DNA of 24,440 bases, from IMG/VR virus record IMGVR_UViG_2585427750_000026; one strand, written 5' to 3'. A program made the position numbers and the translations under genes. The number at the start of each line of letters is the position of its first letter. The first letter of the stretch is position 1. Source of the stretch: a virus. Its lineage: Duplodnaviria > Heunggongvirae > Uroviricota > Caudoviricetes. The notes beneath the pieces are model-generated. The model searched no databases. It saw nothing but the letters and a program-made list of their open reading frames with translations, and was not told the origin of the DNA. Below are positions 8,142-17,577 of the stretch, piece after piece.

Positions 8142-8160
8142 GGCGAGGCGGGGAAAGCAC
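8142..8160 (+). other. cos: cos cohesive-end site (19 nt)
   Basis: GGCGAGGCGGGGAAAGCAC matches the 19-nt P2 cohesive end as I recall it, and sits at the expected position between the accessory region and gene Q. Confidence 0.7.
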
Positions 8161-8302
8161 TGCGCGCTGGCGGGGGTGCTGATTTTATTTTTTCAGCGTC
8201 TGAGCGCGTCGTGATGGCGTTTAGATTGTGCGCCGGGGCGTTGGTGTGTCTGCGGGCTGTTTTGTGCGGTGGTGAGCGTGTGAGGGCGTGATGACGGGGG
8301 GT

Positions 8303-8324
8303 AAAAAAGCCGCCCGCAGGCGGC
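8303..8324 (-). terminator. Intrinsic terminator downstream of Q (Q-P operon)
   Basis: GC-rich hairpin GCCGCC-CGCA-GGCGGC (8309..8324) followed on the minus strand by a T6 run (8303..8308), just 3-prime of the Q stop at 8330. Confidence 0.6.
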
Positions 8325-8329
8325 GATGT

Positions 8330-9364
8330 TCAGCCGTTGTCAGTGTCCAGTGAGTAGTTTTTAAAGCGGATGACCTCCTGACCGAGCCAGCCGTTTATCT
8401 CGCGGATCCTGTCCTGTAACGGGATAAGCTCATTGCGGACAAAGACCTTTGCCACTTTCTCAATATCACCCAGCGACCCGACGTTCTCCGGCTTGCCGCC
8501 CATCAACTGAAAGGGGATGCGGTGCGCGTCCAGCAGGTCAGCGGCGCTGGCTTTTTTGATATTAAAAAAATCGTCCTTCGTTGCCACTTCACTGAGCGGG
8601 ATAATTTTAATGCCGTCGGCTTTCCCCTGCGGGGCATAGAGAAACAGATTTTTAAAGTTGTTGCGGCCTTTCGACTTGACCATGTTTTCGCGAAGCATTT
8701 CGATATCGTTGCGATCCTGCACGGCATCGGTAACGTACATGATATATCCGGCATGAGCGCCGTTTTCGTAATACTTGCGGCGGAACAGCGTGGCCGACTC
8801 ATTCAGCCAGGCAGAATTAAGGGCGCTGAGATATTCCGGCAGGCCGTACAGCTCCTGATTAATATCCGGCTCCAGCAGGTGAAACACGGAGCCGGGTGCG
8901 AAGGCTGTCGGCTCGTTGAAGGACGGCACCCACCAGTAAACATCCTCCTCCACACCTCGGCGGGGATATTTTGCCGGTGAGGTTTCCAGTCTGATGACCT
9001 TACCGGTGGTGCTGTAACGCTTTTCCAGAAACGCATTACCGAACACCAGAAAATCCAGCACAAAGCGGCTGAAATCCTGCTGGGAAAGCCACGGATGCGG
9101 GATAAATGTCGAGGCCAGAATATTACGTTTGACGTAAATCGGTGAGCTGTGATGCACGGCAGCACGCAGGCTTTTTGCCAGACCGGTAAAGCTGATCGGT
9201 GGCTCATACCATCTGCCGTTACTGATGCACTCGACGTAATCCAGAATGTCACGGCGGTCGAGTACCGGCACCGGCTCACCAAAGGTGAATGCTTCCATTT
9301 TCGGGGCGCTGGCGGTCATTGTTTTTGCCGCAGGTTGCGGTGTTTTCCCTTTTTTCTTGCTCAT
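8330..9364 (-). CDS. Q: Portal protein gpQ
   Basis: 344 aa, the same length and position as P2 Q; translationally coupled to P (TGATG on the minus strand). Confidence 0.9.
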   Translation of the reverse strand: MSKKKGKTPQPAAKTMTASAPKMEAFTFGEPVPVLDRRDILDYVECISNGRWYEPPISFTGLAKSLRAAVHHSSPIYVKRNILASTFIPHPWLSQQDFSRFVLDFLVFGNAFLEKRYSTTGKVIRLETSPAKYPRRGVEEDVYWWVPSFNEPTAFAPGSVFHLLEPDINQELYGLPEYLSALNSAWLNESATLFRRKYYENGAHAGYIMYVTDAVQDRNDIEMLRENMVKSKGRNNFKNLFLYAPQGKADGIKIIPLSEVATKDDFFNIKKASAADLLDAHRIPFQLMGGKPENVGSLGDIEKVAKVFVRNELIPLQDRIREINGWLGQEVIRFKNYSLDTDNG

Positions 9365-11136
9365 CAGTAAAACTCCAGAATGGTGGATGTCAGCGGGGTG
9401 CTGATACCGGCGGTGAGTGGCTCATTTAACAGGGCGTGCATGGTCGCCCAGGCGAGGTCGGCGTGGCTGGCTTCCTCGCTGCGGCTGGCCTCATAGGTGG
9501 CGCTGCGTCCGCTGCTGGTCATGGTCTTGCGGATAGCCATAAACGAGCTGGTGATGTCGGTGGCGCTGACGTCATATTCCAGACAGCCACGGCGGATAAC
9601 GTCTTTTGCCTTGAGCACCATTGCGGTTTTCATTTCCGGCGTGTAGCGGATGTCGCGCGCGGCGGGATAGAACGAGCGCACGAGCTGGAACACGCCGACA
9701 CCGAGGCCGGTGGCATCAATACCGATGTATTCAACGTTATATTTTTCGGTGAGTTTGCGGATGGATTCCGCCTGAGTGGCAAAGTCCATGCCTTTCCACT
9801 GGTGACGCTCAAGTATTCTGAATTTGCCACCGGCCACCACCGGCGGTGCCAGCACCACGCATCCGGCGCTGTCGCCACGGTGTGACGGGTCGTAACCAAT
9901 CCATACCGGGCGGGAGCCGAACGGATTGGCGGCAAACGGCGCATAGTCTTCCCATTCTTCCAGCGTGTCGACCATGCAGCGTTGCAGCTCCTCGAACGGG
10001 AACACCGACGCCTTGTCGTCAACAAATTCACACATGAACAGGTTTTTAAAATCGTCGGCGCTGTTTTCACGTTTGAGCTGCTCAATGTCGAACAGCGTGC
10101 AGCCACCTTTCAGGGCGTCCTCAATGGTGACAATCTGCCGCCACTGGCCGTCCGCACAGAGAAGCCCACCGGCAAGGGCGTTATGACTGACGTCGATTTC
10201 CACGCGTTCGGCGGCGCTGGCGCGTCCCCGGTTGAACAGTTCACCTGACCAGAACGGGTAGGCGTCGTGCGCCAGCGTGGACGGGGTGGAGAAATAGGTC
10301 GAACGCAGGTGACTCTGTGAGGCCATACCTGATGCCACCTTACGCAGTACCTGAAAATTCGGGATCCAGAAAATCTCGTCGACGTACAGGTCGCCGTTAT
10401 GGCTCTGTGCGGTGTTGGAGTTGGTGCCGAGAAAAATTAGTTTTGCGCCGTTATTGCCCAGGACAATCGGGTCACCGGTCAGGTCAACGTCAACCAGACG
10501 GGCAAAGGCGATGATGTATTCGCGGAACACATACGCCTGCGTTTTACTGGCCGACAGAAAAATCTGGTTATGGCCGGTTTTCAGGGCGCGCAGCAGCGCC
10601 TCGCGGGAAAAATAAAACGTTGCGCCAATCTGGCGGGATTTCAGTATATCGCGGATGCGGTGCTCAAGCCCGGCGCGATACCAGTGCAACTGATAGTCGA
10701 AAGACTGCTCAAAGAAAATCTGCTCCAGCTTTTCGATGGCTTCGTCACTGAAAAAATTCTTTTTCGGTTTGCGACGCCCGCCTTTGTTGCGGTTAGCGAC
10801 GTTCGGATTAAGGTCTGCCTCGTTGCCGGTCTGACTGTAGCGGTTGACCCGCGCCAGTCGTTCAATCTGGCGTCCCAGCAGGTCAATTTCCTTGAAGTCA
10901 CCGCCGGTTTTCTGCGGTTTGATGATGAGCTGGGTCAGCCGCGCTTCCAGGCTCATTTCGACACGGCTGATGGGGGCAACGCTGTCCCAGCCGTCGCGCT
11001 GTTTCCAGCTCTGCACCGTCGGGCGTTTCATCTGCAACATGGCGGCAATCTGCGGCACGGAAACCCCCTGCCAGTACAGCAGCGCCGCCTGCCGACGCGG
11101 GTCGTGTAAAAGAGTGGTGTCTGTGGTGATGGTCAT
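9364..11136 (-). CDS. P: Terminase large (ATPase) subunit gpP
   Basis: 590 aa from the ATG at 11136 (MTITTDTTLL...), matching P2 P length. The ORF track's longer ORF to 11166 begins at an upstream alternative start. Confidence 0.9.
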   Translation of the reverse strand: MTITTDTTLLHDPRRQAALLYWQGVSVPQIAAMLQMKRPTVQSWKQRDGWDSVAPISRVEMSLEARLTQLIIKPQKTGGDFKEIDLLGRQIERLARVNRYSQTGNEADLNPNVANRNKGGRRKPKKNFFSDEAIEKLEQIFFEQSFDYQLHWYRAGLEHRIRDILKSRQIGATFYFSREALLRALKTGHNQIFLSASKTQAYVFREYIIAFARLVDVDLTGDPIVLGNNGAKLIFLGTNSNTAQSHNGDLYVDEIFWIPNFQVLRKVASGMASQSHLRSTYFSTPSTLAHDAYPFWSGELFNRGRASAAERVEIDVSHNALAGGLLCADGQWRQIVTIEDALKGGCTLFDIEQLKRENSADDFKNLFMCEFVDDKASVFPFEELQRCMVDTLEEWEDYAPFAANPFGSRPVWIGYDPSHRGDSAGCVVLAPPVVAGGKFRILERHQWKGMDFATQAESIRKLTEKYNVEYIGIDATGLGVGVFQLVRSFYPAARDIRYTPEMKTAMVLKAKDVIRRGCLEYDVSATDITSSFMAIRKTMTSSGRSATYEASRSEEASHADLAWATMHALLNEPLTAGISTPLTSTILEFY

Positions 11137-11309
11137 GAATACCTCGCCGTGATGAATACACGGCAAGGCTACTGAGTCGCGCCCCGCGATTCGCTAAGGT
11201 GCTGTTGTGTCAGTGATAAGCCATCCGGGACTGATGGCGGAGGATGCGCATCGTCGGGAAACTGATGCCGACATGTGACTCCTCTAATCACTATTCAGGA
11301 CTCCTGACA

Positions 11310-12164
11310 ATGGCAAAAAAAGTCTCAAAATTCTTTCGTATCGGCGTTGAGGGTGACACCTGTGACGGGCGTGTCATCAGTGCGCAGGATATTCAGGAAA
11401 TGGCCGAAACCTTTGACCCGCGTGTCTACGGTTGCCGCATTAACCTGGAACATCTGCGCGGCATCCTGCCTGACGGTATTTTTAAACGTTATGGCGATGT
11501 GGTCGAACTGAAGGCCGAAAAGATTGATGACGATTCGGCGCTGAAAGGCAAATGGGCGCTGTTTGCGAAAATCACCCCGACCGATGACCTTATCGCGATG
11601 AACAAGGCCGCGCAGAAGGTCTACACCTCAATGGAAATTCAGCCGAACTTTGCCAACACCGGCAAATGTTATCTGGTGGGGCTGGCCGTCACCGATGACC
11701 CGGCAAGCCTCGGCACGGAATACCTGGAATTCTGCCGCACGGCAAAACACAACCCTCTGAACCGCTTCAAATTAAGCCCTGAAAACCTGATTTCAGTGGC
11801 AACGCCCGTTGAGCTGGAATTTGAAGACCTGCCTGAAACCGTGTTCACCGCCCTGACCGAAAAGGTGAAATCCATTTTTGGCCGCAAACAGGCCAGCGAT
11901 GACGCCCGTCTGAATGATGTGCATGAAGCGGTGACCGCTGTTGCTGAACATGTGCAGGAAAAACTGAGCGCCACTGAGCAGCGCCTCGCTGAGATGGAAA
12001 CCGCCTTTTCCGCACTTAAGCAGGAGGTGACTGACAGGGCGGATGAAACCAGCCAGGCATTCACCCGCCTGAAAAACAGCCTCGACCACACCGAAAGTCT
12101 GACCCAGCAGCGCCGCAGCAAAGCCACCGGCGGTGGCGGTGACGCCCTGATGACGAACTGCTGA
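11310..12164 (+). CDS. O: Capsid scaffolding protein gpO
   Basis: 284 aa from the ATG at 11310 (MAKKVSKFFRIGVEG...), matching P2 O length; divergent from P. Confidence 0.85.
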   Translation: MAKKVSKFFRIGVEGDTCDGRVISAQDIQEMAETFDPRVYGCRINLEHLRGILPDGIFKRYGDVVELKAEKIDDDSALKGKWALFAKITPTDDLIAMNKAAQKVYTSMEIQPNFANTGKCYLVGLAVTDDPASLGTEYLEFCRTAKHNPLNRFKLSPENLISVATPVELEFEDLPETVFTALTEKVKSIFGRKQASDDARLNDVHEAVTAVAEHVQEKLSATEQRLAEMETAFSALKQEVTDRADETSQAFTRLKNSLDHTESLTQQRRSKATGGGGDALMTNC

Positions 12165-12218
12165 CCGGCGTCAGTCCGGGAAAACCTTCACGATTAACTC
12201 TTAATTTCAGGAAAAACT

Positions 12219-13292
12219 ATGCGCCAGGAAACCCGCTTTAAATTTAATGCCTACCTGTCCCGTGTTGCCGAACTGAACGGCATCGACGCCGGTGATGTGT
12301 CGAAAAAATTCACCGTTGAACCGTCGGTCACCCAGACCCTGATGAACACCATGCAGGAGTCCTCTGACTTTCTGACCCGCATCAACATTGTGCCGGTCAG
12401 CGAAATGAAAGGGGAAAAAATTGGCATCGGTGTCACCGGCTCCATCGCCAGCACCACCGACACCGCCGGTGGCACCGAGCGTCAGCCGAAGGACTTCTCG
12501 AAGCTGGCGTCAAACAAGTACGAATGCGACCAGATTAACTTCGATTTTTATATCCGCTACAAAACGCTGGACCTGTGGGCGCGTTATCAGGATTTCCAGC
12601 TCCGTGTCCGTAACGCCATTATCAAACGCCAGTCCCTTGATTTCATCATGGCCGGTTTTAACGGCGTGAAGCGTGCCGAAACCTCTGACCGCAGCAGTAA
12701 CCCGATGCTGCAGGATGTGGCGGTCGGCTGGCTGCAGAAATACCGCAATGAAGCTCCGGCGCGCGTGATGAGCAAGGTCACTGACGAGGAAGGCCATACC
12801 ACCTCTGAGGTTATCCGCGTGGGTAAGGGCGGTGATTATGTCAGCCTTGATGCACTGGTGATGGATGCGACCAATAACCTGATTGAACCGTGGTATCAGG
12901 AAGACCCTGACCTTGTGGTGATTGTGGGGCGTCAGCTACTGGCGGACAAGTATTTCCCCATCGTCAACAGGGAGCAGGACAACAGCGAAATGCTGGCCGC
13001 TGACGTCATCATCAGCCAGAAACGCATCGGTAACCTGCCAGCGGTACGCGTCCCGTACTTCCCGGCGGATGCGATGCTCATCACGAAGCTGGAAAACCTG
13101 TCCATCTACTACATGGATGACAGCCATCGCCGCGTGATTGAGGAAAACCCGAAACTCGACCGCGTGGAGAACTACGAGTCAATGAACATTGATTACGTGG
13201 TGGAAGACTACGCCGCCGGCTGTCTGGTGGAAAAAATTAAGGTCGGTGATTTCTCCACACCGGCTAAAGCGACCGCAGAGCCGGGAGCGTAA
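12219..13292 (+). CDS. N: Major capsid protein gpN
   Basis: 357 aa, matching P2 N length and position. Confidence 0.9.
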   Translation: MRQETRFKFNAYLSRVAELNGIDAGDVSKKFTVEPSVTQTLMNTMQESSDFLTRINIVPVSEMKGEKIGIGVTGSIASTTDTAGGTERQPKDFSKLASNKYECDQINFDFYIRYKTLDLWARYQDFQLRVRNAIIKRQSLDFIMAGFNGVKRAETSDRSSNPMLQDVAVGWLQKYRNEAPARVMSKVTDEEGHTTSEVIRVGKGGDYVSLDALVMDATNNLIEPWYQEDPDLVVIVGRQLLADKYFPIVNREQDNSEMLAADVIISQKRIGNLPAVRVPYFPADAMLITKLENLSIYYMDDSHRRVIEENPKLDRVENYESMNIDYVVEDYAAGCLVEKIKVGDFSTPAKATAEPGA

Positions 13293-13295
13293 CCG

Positions 13296-14039
13296 ATGAC
13301 GAGTCCCGCACAGCGCCACATGATGCGGGTCTCGGCAGCGATGACCGCGCAGCGGGACGCCGCCCCGCTGCGACATGCAACTGTCTATGAGCAGATGCTG
13401 GTTAAGCTGGCCGCAGACCAGCGCACACTGAAAGCGATTTATTCAAAAGAGCTGAAGGCCGCGAAAAAGCGCGAACTGCTGCCGTTCTGGTTGCCGTGGG
13501 TGAACGGTGTGCTGGAGCAGGGCAAAGGCGCACAGGATGACATTCTGATGACGGTCATGCTGTGGCGTCTGGATACCGGCGATATTGCCGGTGCGCTGGA
13601 GATTGCCCGTTATGCCCTGAAGTACGGTCTGACCATGCCGGGTAAACCCCGCCGTACCCCGCCGTACATGTTCACCGAGGAAGTGGCTCTCGCGGCCATG
13701 CGCGCTCACGCTGCCGGTGAGTCTGTGGATCCCCGCCTGCTGACGGACACCCTTGAACTGACCGCCACGGCTGACATGCCTGATGAAGTGCGCGCAAAGC
13801 TGCACAAAATCACCGGTCTGTTTCTGCGTGACGCTGGTGATGCCGCAGGGGCGCTGGCACACCTGCAACGTGCGACACAGCTCGACTGTCAGGCAGGCGT
13901 CAAAAAAGAGATTGAACGACTGGAGCGGGAGCTGAAACCGAAGCCGGAGCCGCAGCCCAAAGCGGCCACCCGCGCCCCGCGTAAGACCCGGAGCGTGACA
14001 CCGGCAAAACGTGGACGCCCGAAAAAGAAAGCCAGTTAA
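13296..14039 (+). CDS. M: Terminase small (endonuclease) subunit gpM
   Basis: 247 aa, matching P2 M length and position; basic Pro/Lys-rich C-terminus. Confidence 0.85.
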   Translation: MTSPAQRHMMRVSAAMTAQRDAAPLRHATVYEQMLVKLAADQRTLKAIYSKELKAAKKRELLPFWLPWVNGVLEQGKGAQDDILMTVMLWRLDTGDIAGALEIARYALKYGLTMPGKPRRTPPYMFTEEVALAAMRAHAAGESVDPRLLTDTLELTATADMPDEVRAKLHKITGLFLRDAGDAAGALAHLQRATQLDCQAGVKKEIERLERELKPKPEPQPKAATRAPRKTRSVTPAKRGRPKKKAS

Positions 14040-14138
14040 CAACCGAATGCGCCCCGCGCCAGGGCGGCACGCCGGTCAGTGAGGGTGAATCACCTGACAC
14101 TGCACCGGCGTCCACCGCCCGACTTTTCAGAGGTAGTC

Positions 14139-14648
14139 ATGATGACGCTGATTATTCCGCGAAAGGAGGCTCCCGTGTCCGGTGAGGGTACGGTGGTCAT
14201 CCCGCAACCGGCAGGCGACGAGCCGGTGATTAAAAACACGTTCTTTTTTCCCGATATCGACCCGAAGCGCGTCCGGGAACGTATGCGCCTTGAGCAGACC
14301 GTCGCCCCCGCCCGTCTGCGTGAGGCCATCAAGTCAGGCATGGCTGAAACGAATGCGGAGCTGTACGAGTACCGCGAACAGAAAATTGCTGCCGGTTTTA
14401 CGCGTCTGGCGGACGTTCCGGCGGACGACATCGACGGTGAAAGCATCAAGGTTTTTTACTACGAGCGCGCCGTGTGCGCGATGGCGACCGCGTCGCTTTA
14501 TGAGCGTTATCGCGGCGTGGATGCCAGTGCGAAAGGCGACAAGAAGGCTGACAGCATTGACAGCACCATTGATGAACTGTGGCGGGATATGCGCTGGGCG
14601 GTGGCGCGTATCCAGGACAAGCCGCGCTGCATCGTGAGTCAAATCTGA
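14139..14648 (+). CDS. L: Head completion/stabilisation protein gpL
   Basis: 169 aa from ATG 14139 (MMTLIIPRKEAP...), matching P2 L length. Confidence 0.8.
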   Translation: MMTLIIPRKEAPVSGEGTVVIPQPAGDEPVIKNTFFFPDIDPKRVRERMRLEQTVAPARLREAIKSGMAETNAELYEYREQKIAAGFTRLADVPADDIDGESIKVFYYERAVCAMATASLYERYRGVDASAKGDKKADSIDSTIDELWRDMRWAVARIQDKPRCIVSQI

Positions 14649-14851
14649 TGAAGACCTTTGCGCTACAGGGCGACACGCTCGACGCCATTTGTGTCCGGTA
14701 TTACGGGCGCACTGAGGGCGTGGTTGAGACCGTGCTCGCCGCAAATCCGGGACTGGCTGAACTGGGTGCGGTGCTGCCACATGGCACCGCCGTCGAACTG
14801 CCCGACGTTCAGACCGCGCCCGTGGCTGAAACTGTCAATCTGTGGGAGTAA
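14648..14851 (+). CDS. X: Tail protein gpX
   Basis: 67 aa from ATG 14648 (TGATG overlap with L), matching P2 X length and position. Confidence 0.75.
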   Translation: MKTFALQGDTLDAICVRYYGRTEGVVETVLAANPGLAELGAVLPHGTAVELPDVQTAPVAETVNLWE

Positions 14852-14854
14852 CGC

Positions 14855-15136
14855 ATGACAGCAGAAGAAAAAAGCGTCCTGTCGCTTTTCATGATTGGGG
14901 TGCTGATTGTTGTCGGCAAGGTGCTTGCCGGTGGTGAACCCATCACCCCGCGTCTGTTTATCGGGCGCATGTTGCTCGGCGGTTTTGTCTCGATGGTTGC
15001 CGGTGTTGTTCTGGTGCAGTTTCCTGACCTGTCACTGCCTGCGGTGTGCGGCATCGGCTCCATGCTGGGTATCGCCGGTTATCAGGTGATTGAGATTGCC
15101 ATTCAGCGCCGCTTTAAGGGCAGGGGGAAACCGTAA
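14855..15136 (+). CDS. Y: Holin gpY
   Basis: 93 aa with hydrophobic transmembrane segments and a charged C-terminus; P2 Y position. Confidence 0.8.
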   Translation: MTAEEKSVLSLFMIGVLIVVGKVLAGGEPITPRLFIGRMLLGGFVSMVAGVVLVQFPDLSLPAVCGIGSMLGIAGYQVIEIAIQRRFKGRGKP

Positions 15137-15633
15137 TGCCGGTAATTAACACGCATCAGAATATCGCCGCCTTTCTCGACATGCTGGCCGTGTCCGAAGG
15201 GACGGCGAATCATCCGCTGACGAAAAACCGGGGCTATGACGTGATAGTCACCGGACTGGACGGGAAGCCGGAAATTTTCACCGACTACAGTGACCACCCG
15301 TTCGCGCATGGCCGACCGGCGAAGGTGTTTAACCGTCGCGGTGAAAAATCCACGGCCTCCGGTCGCTATCAGCAGCTTTACCTGTTCTGGCCGCATTACC
15401 GCAAACAGCTTGCCCTGCCGGATTTCAGTCCGTTGTCACAGGACAGACTCGCCATTCAGTTGATCCGCGAACGCGGTGCGCTGGATGACATCCGGGCGGG
15501 ACGTATTGAGCGCGCCATTTCACGCTGTCGCAATATCTGGGCGTCCCTGCCGGGAGCCGGTTACGGTCAGCGTGAGCATTCACTGGAAAAACTGGTCACC
15601 GTCTGGCGTACCGCTGGCGGCGTACCGGCTTAA
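15136..15633 (+). CDS. K: Endolysin (lysozyme) gpK
   Basis: 165 aa, TAATG overlap with Y; P2 K length and position. Confidence 0.85.
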   Translation: MPVINTHQNIAAFLDMLAVSEGTANHPLTKNRGYDVIVTGLDGKPEIFTDYSDHPFAHGRPAKVFNRRGEKSTASGRYQQLYLFWPHYRKQLALPDFSPLSQDRLAIQLIRERGALDDIRAGRIERAISRCRNIWASLPGAGYGQREHSLEKLVTVWRTAGGVPA

Positions 15634-15647
15634 ACGGAGTAAACACC

Positions 15648-16073
15648 ATGAAGAAATTATCCCTTTCACTGATGCTGAATGTGTCGCTGGCGCTGATGCT
15701 GGCACTGTCCCTGATTTACCCGCAGAGCGTGGCCGTCAGTTTTGTCGCTGCCTGGGCGATTCTGGCGACGGTTATCTGTGTGGTTTCCGGTGGTGTCGGG
15801 GTGTATGCCACTGAGTATGTGCTGGAACGCTACGGGCGGGAGCTGCCGCCGGAATCGCTGGCTGTGAAGATTGTCACGTCGCTGTTTTTGCAGCCGGTGA
15901 CGTGGTGCAGACGGGCGGCGGCTCTGGTGGTGATGGTGGCGACATTTATCTCGCTGGTCGCCGCCGGGTGGATTTTTACTGCGCTGATTTATCTCGTGGC
16001 GTCGGTGTTCTTCCGGCTGATACGTACGGCCTGCCGTCAGCGTTTTGAGGGGCGGGAACCATGTCAAAGCTGA
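15648..16073 (+). CDS. lysA: Lysis timing membrane protein LysA
   Basis: 141 aa, multiple hydrophobic helices; P2 lysA position. Confidence 0.7.
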   Translation: MKKLSLSLMLNVSLALMLALSLIYPQSVAVSFVAAWAILATVICVVSGGVGVYATEYVLERYGRELPPESLAVKIVTSLFLQPVTWCRRAAALVVMVATFISLVAAGWIFTALIYLVASVFFRLIRTACRQRFEGREPCQS

Positions 16074-16486
16074 TGATTGTGCTGGTTGTGTTGTTATCAC
16101 TGGCGGTGGCGGGGCTGTTTCTGGCGAAGCATGAAAACGCCAGCCTGCGCGCCTCGCTGGACAGGGCGAACAACGTCGCCAGCGGTCAGCAGACGACCAT
16201 CACCATGCTGAAAAATCAGCTTCATGTTGCGCTCACCAGGGCAGATAAAAACGAGCTGGCGCAGGTTGCACTGCGTCAGGAACTGGAGAACGCCGCGAAA
16301 CGTGAAGCACAGCGCGAGAAAACCATCACGAGGTTACTTAATGAGAACGAAGATTTTCGCCGCTGGTACGGTGCTGACCTGCCTGATGCTGTGCGCCGGT
16401 TGCACCAGCGCCCCGCCTGCACCGACGCCAGTGATTGTCCACAACGCCTGCCCGAAAGTGAGCCTTTGCCCGATGCCGGGCAGTGA
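16061..16486 (+). CDS. lysB: LysB (inner-membrane spanin, Rz-like)
   Basis: 141 aa with a single N-terminal TM helix (LMIVLVVLLSLAVAGLFLA) followed by a coiled-coil-like region. Confidence 0.7.
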   Translation: MSKLMIVLVVLLSLAVAGLFLAKHENASLRASLDRANNVASGQQTTITMLKNQLHVALTRADKNELAQVALRQELENAAKREAQREKTITRLLNENEDFRRWYGADLPDAVRRLHQRPACTDASDCPQRLPESEPLPDAGQ

Positions 16487-16619
16487 CCCGGAGACGAACG
16501 GTGATTTAAGTGCCGATATCCGGCAGCTTGAGAACGCGCTGGCACGCTGTGCCAGCCAGGTAAAAATGATTAAACACTGTCAGGACGAAAACGATGCTCA
16601 AACCCGACAGCCTGCGTAG
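16341..16619 (+). CDS. lysC: LysC (outer-membrane lipoprotein spanin, Rz1-like), overlapping lysB in another frame
   Basis: 92 aa from ATG 16341 with a signal peptide and lipobox-like LCAGC followed by a Pro-rich segment; embedded in the +1 frame of the lysB 3-prime half. Confidence 0.6.
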   Translation: MRTKIFAAGTVLTCLMLCAGCTSAPPAPTPVIVHNACPKVSLCPMPGSDPETNGDLSADIRQLENALARCASQVKMIKHCQDENDAQTRQPA

Positions 16620-17061
16620 GGCGCTGACTGATGCCGTCACGGTGCTGAAAACTAACCCCGATATGCTGCAGATATTCGTGGATAACGGGAGTATTGCCTC
16701 CACGCTGGCGACGTCGCTGTCGTTCGAAAAGCGTTACACGCTCAATGTGATTGTGACCGACTTTACCGGTGATTTTGACCTGCTCATCGTGCCGGTGCTG
16801 GCGTGGCTGCGGGAAAATCAGCCCGACATCATGACCACCGACGAAGGCCAGAAAAAGGGCTTCACGTTTTATGCAGACATCAACAATGACAGCAGCTTTG
16901 ATATCAGCATCAGCCTGATGCTGACCGAGCGCACGCTGGTCAGTGAGGTGGGCGGCGCACTGCATGTGAAGAATATCCCGGAACCTCCGCCGCCGGAGCC
17001 GGTCACCCGCCCGATGGAGCTGTATATCAATGGCGAACTGGTGAGCAAGTGGGATGAATGA
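16594..17061 (+). CDS. R: Tail completion protein gpR
   Basis: 155 aa, P2 R length and position. Confidence 0.8.
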   Translation: MLKPDSLRRALTDAVTVLKTNPDMLQIFVDNGSIASTLATSLSFEKRYTLNVIVTDFTGDFDLLIVPVLAWLRENQPDIMTTDEGQKKGFTFYADINNDSSFDISISLMLTERTLVSEVGGALHVKNIPEPPPPEPVTRPMELYINGELVSKWDE

Positions 17062-17506
17062 GTTTAAGCGTTTTGAAGACCGGCTGACCGGACTGATTGA
17101 GTCGCTGTCACCGTCAGGGCGTCGGCGACTGAGTGCCGAACTGGCGAAACGTCTGCGGCAGAGTCAGCAGCGTCGGGTGATGGCGCAGAAAGCCCCGGAC
17201 GGCACACCCTACGCGCCACGTCAGCAGCAGAGCGTCAGAAAAAAGACCGGTCGTGTTAAGCGAAAAATGTTTGCGAAACTTATCACCAGTCGTTTTTTGC
17301 ATATCCGCGCCAGCCCGGAGCAGGCATCAATGGAATTTTACGGCGGGAAGTCGCCGAAAATCGCCAGTGTGCATCAGTTCGGTCTGTCGGAAGAAACCCG
17401 GAAAGACGGTAAGAAAATTGATTATCCGGCGCGTCCTCTGCTCGGCTTTACCGGTGAGGATGTGCAGATGATTGAGGAGATTATCCTGGCTCACCTTGAG
17501 CGTTAG
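17054..17506 (+). CDS. S: Tail completion protein gpS
   Basis: 150 aa, P2 S length and position; overlaps the R stop. Confidence 0.8.
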   Translation: MNEFKRFEDRLTGLIESLSPSGRRRLSAELAKRLRQSQQRRVMAQKAPDGTPYAPRQQQSVRKKTGRVKRKMFAKLITSRFLHIRASPEQASMEFYGGKSPKIASVHQFGLSEETRKDGKKIDYPARPLLGFTGEDVQMIEEIILAHLER

Positions 17507-17536
17507 TTTTATCCAGGCAGAGGCTGATGCGCAATT

Positions 17537-17571
17537 AAACATTGAGCGGCCATGCTGGTCGCTCAATGTTT
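17537..17571. terminator. Bidirectional stem-loop between convergent S and the AT-rich gene
   Basis: Perfect 12-bp inverted repeat AAACATTGAGCG ... CGCTCAATGTTT with an 11-nt loop, between the S stop (17506) and the minus-strand gene stop (17578). Confidence 0.5.
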
Positions 17572-17577
17572 AGAGGT

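Noticed and set aside
7925-8291. ORFs 7968..8291 (+), 7982..8182 (+) and 7925..8131 (-) spanning the cos region
   Set aside because: GC-rich non-coding packaging region; the ORFs cross the cohesive-end site, lack RBSs and have Arg/Ala/Gly-rich composition typical of spurious frames.
9436-11161. Numerous alternative-frame ORFs inside P (and similar ones inside Q, N, M, A and int)
   Set aside because: They are embedded in long, well-supported phage genes and have the biased composition of antisense or off-frame translation of GC-rich coding DNA.
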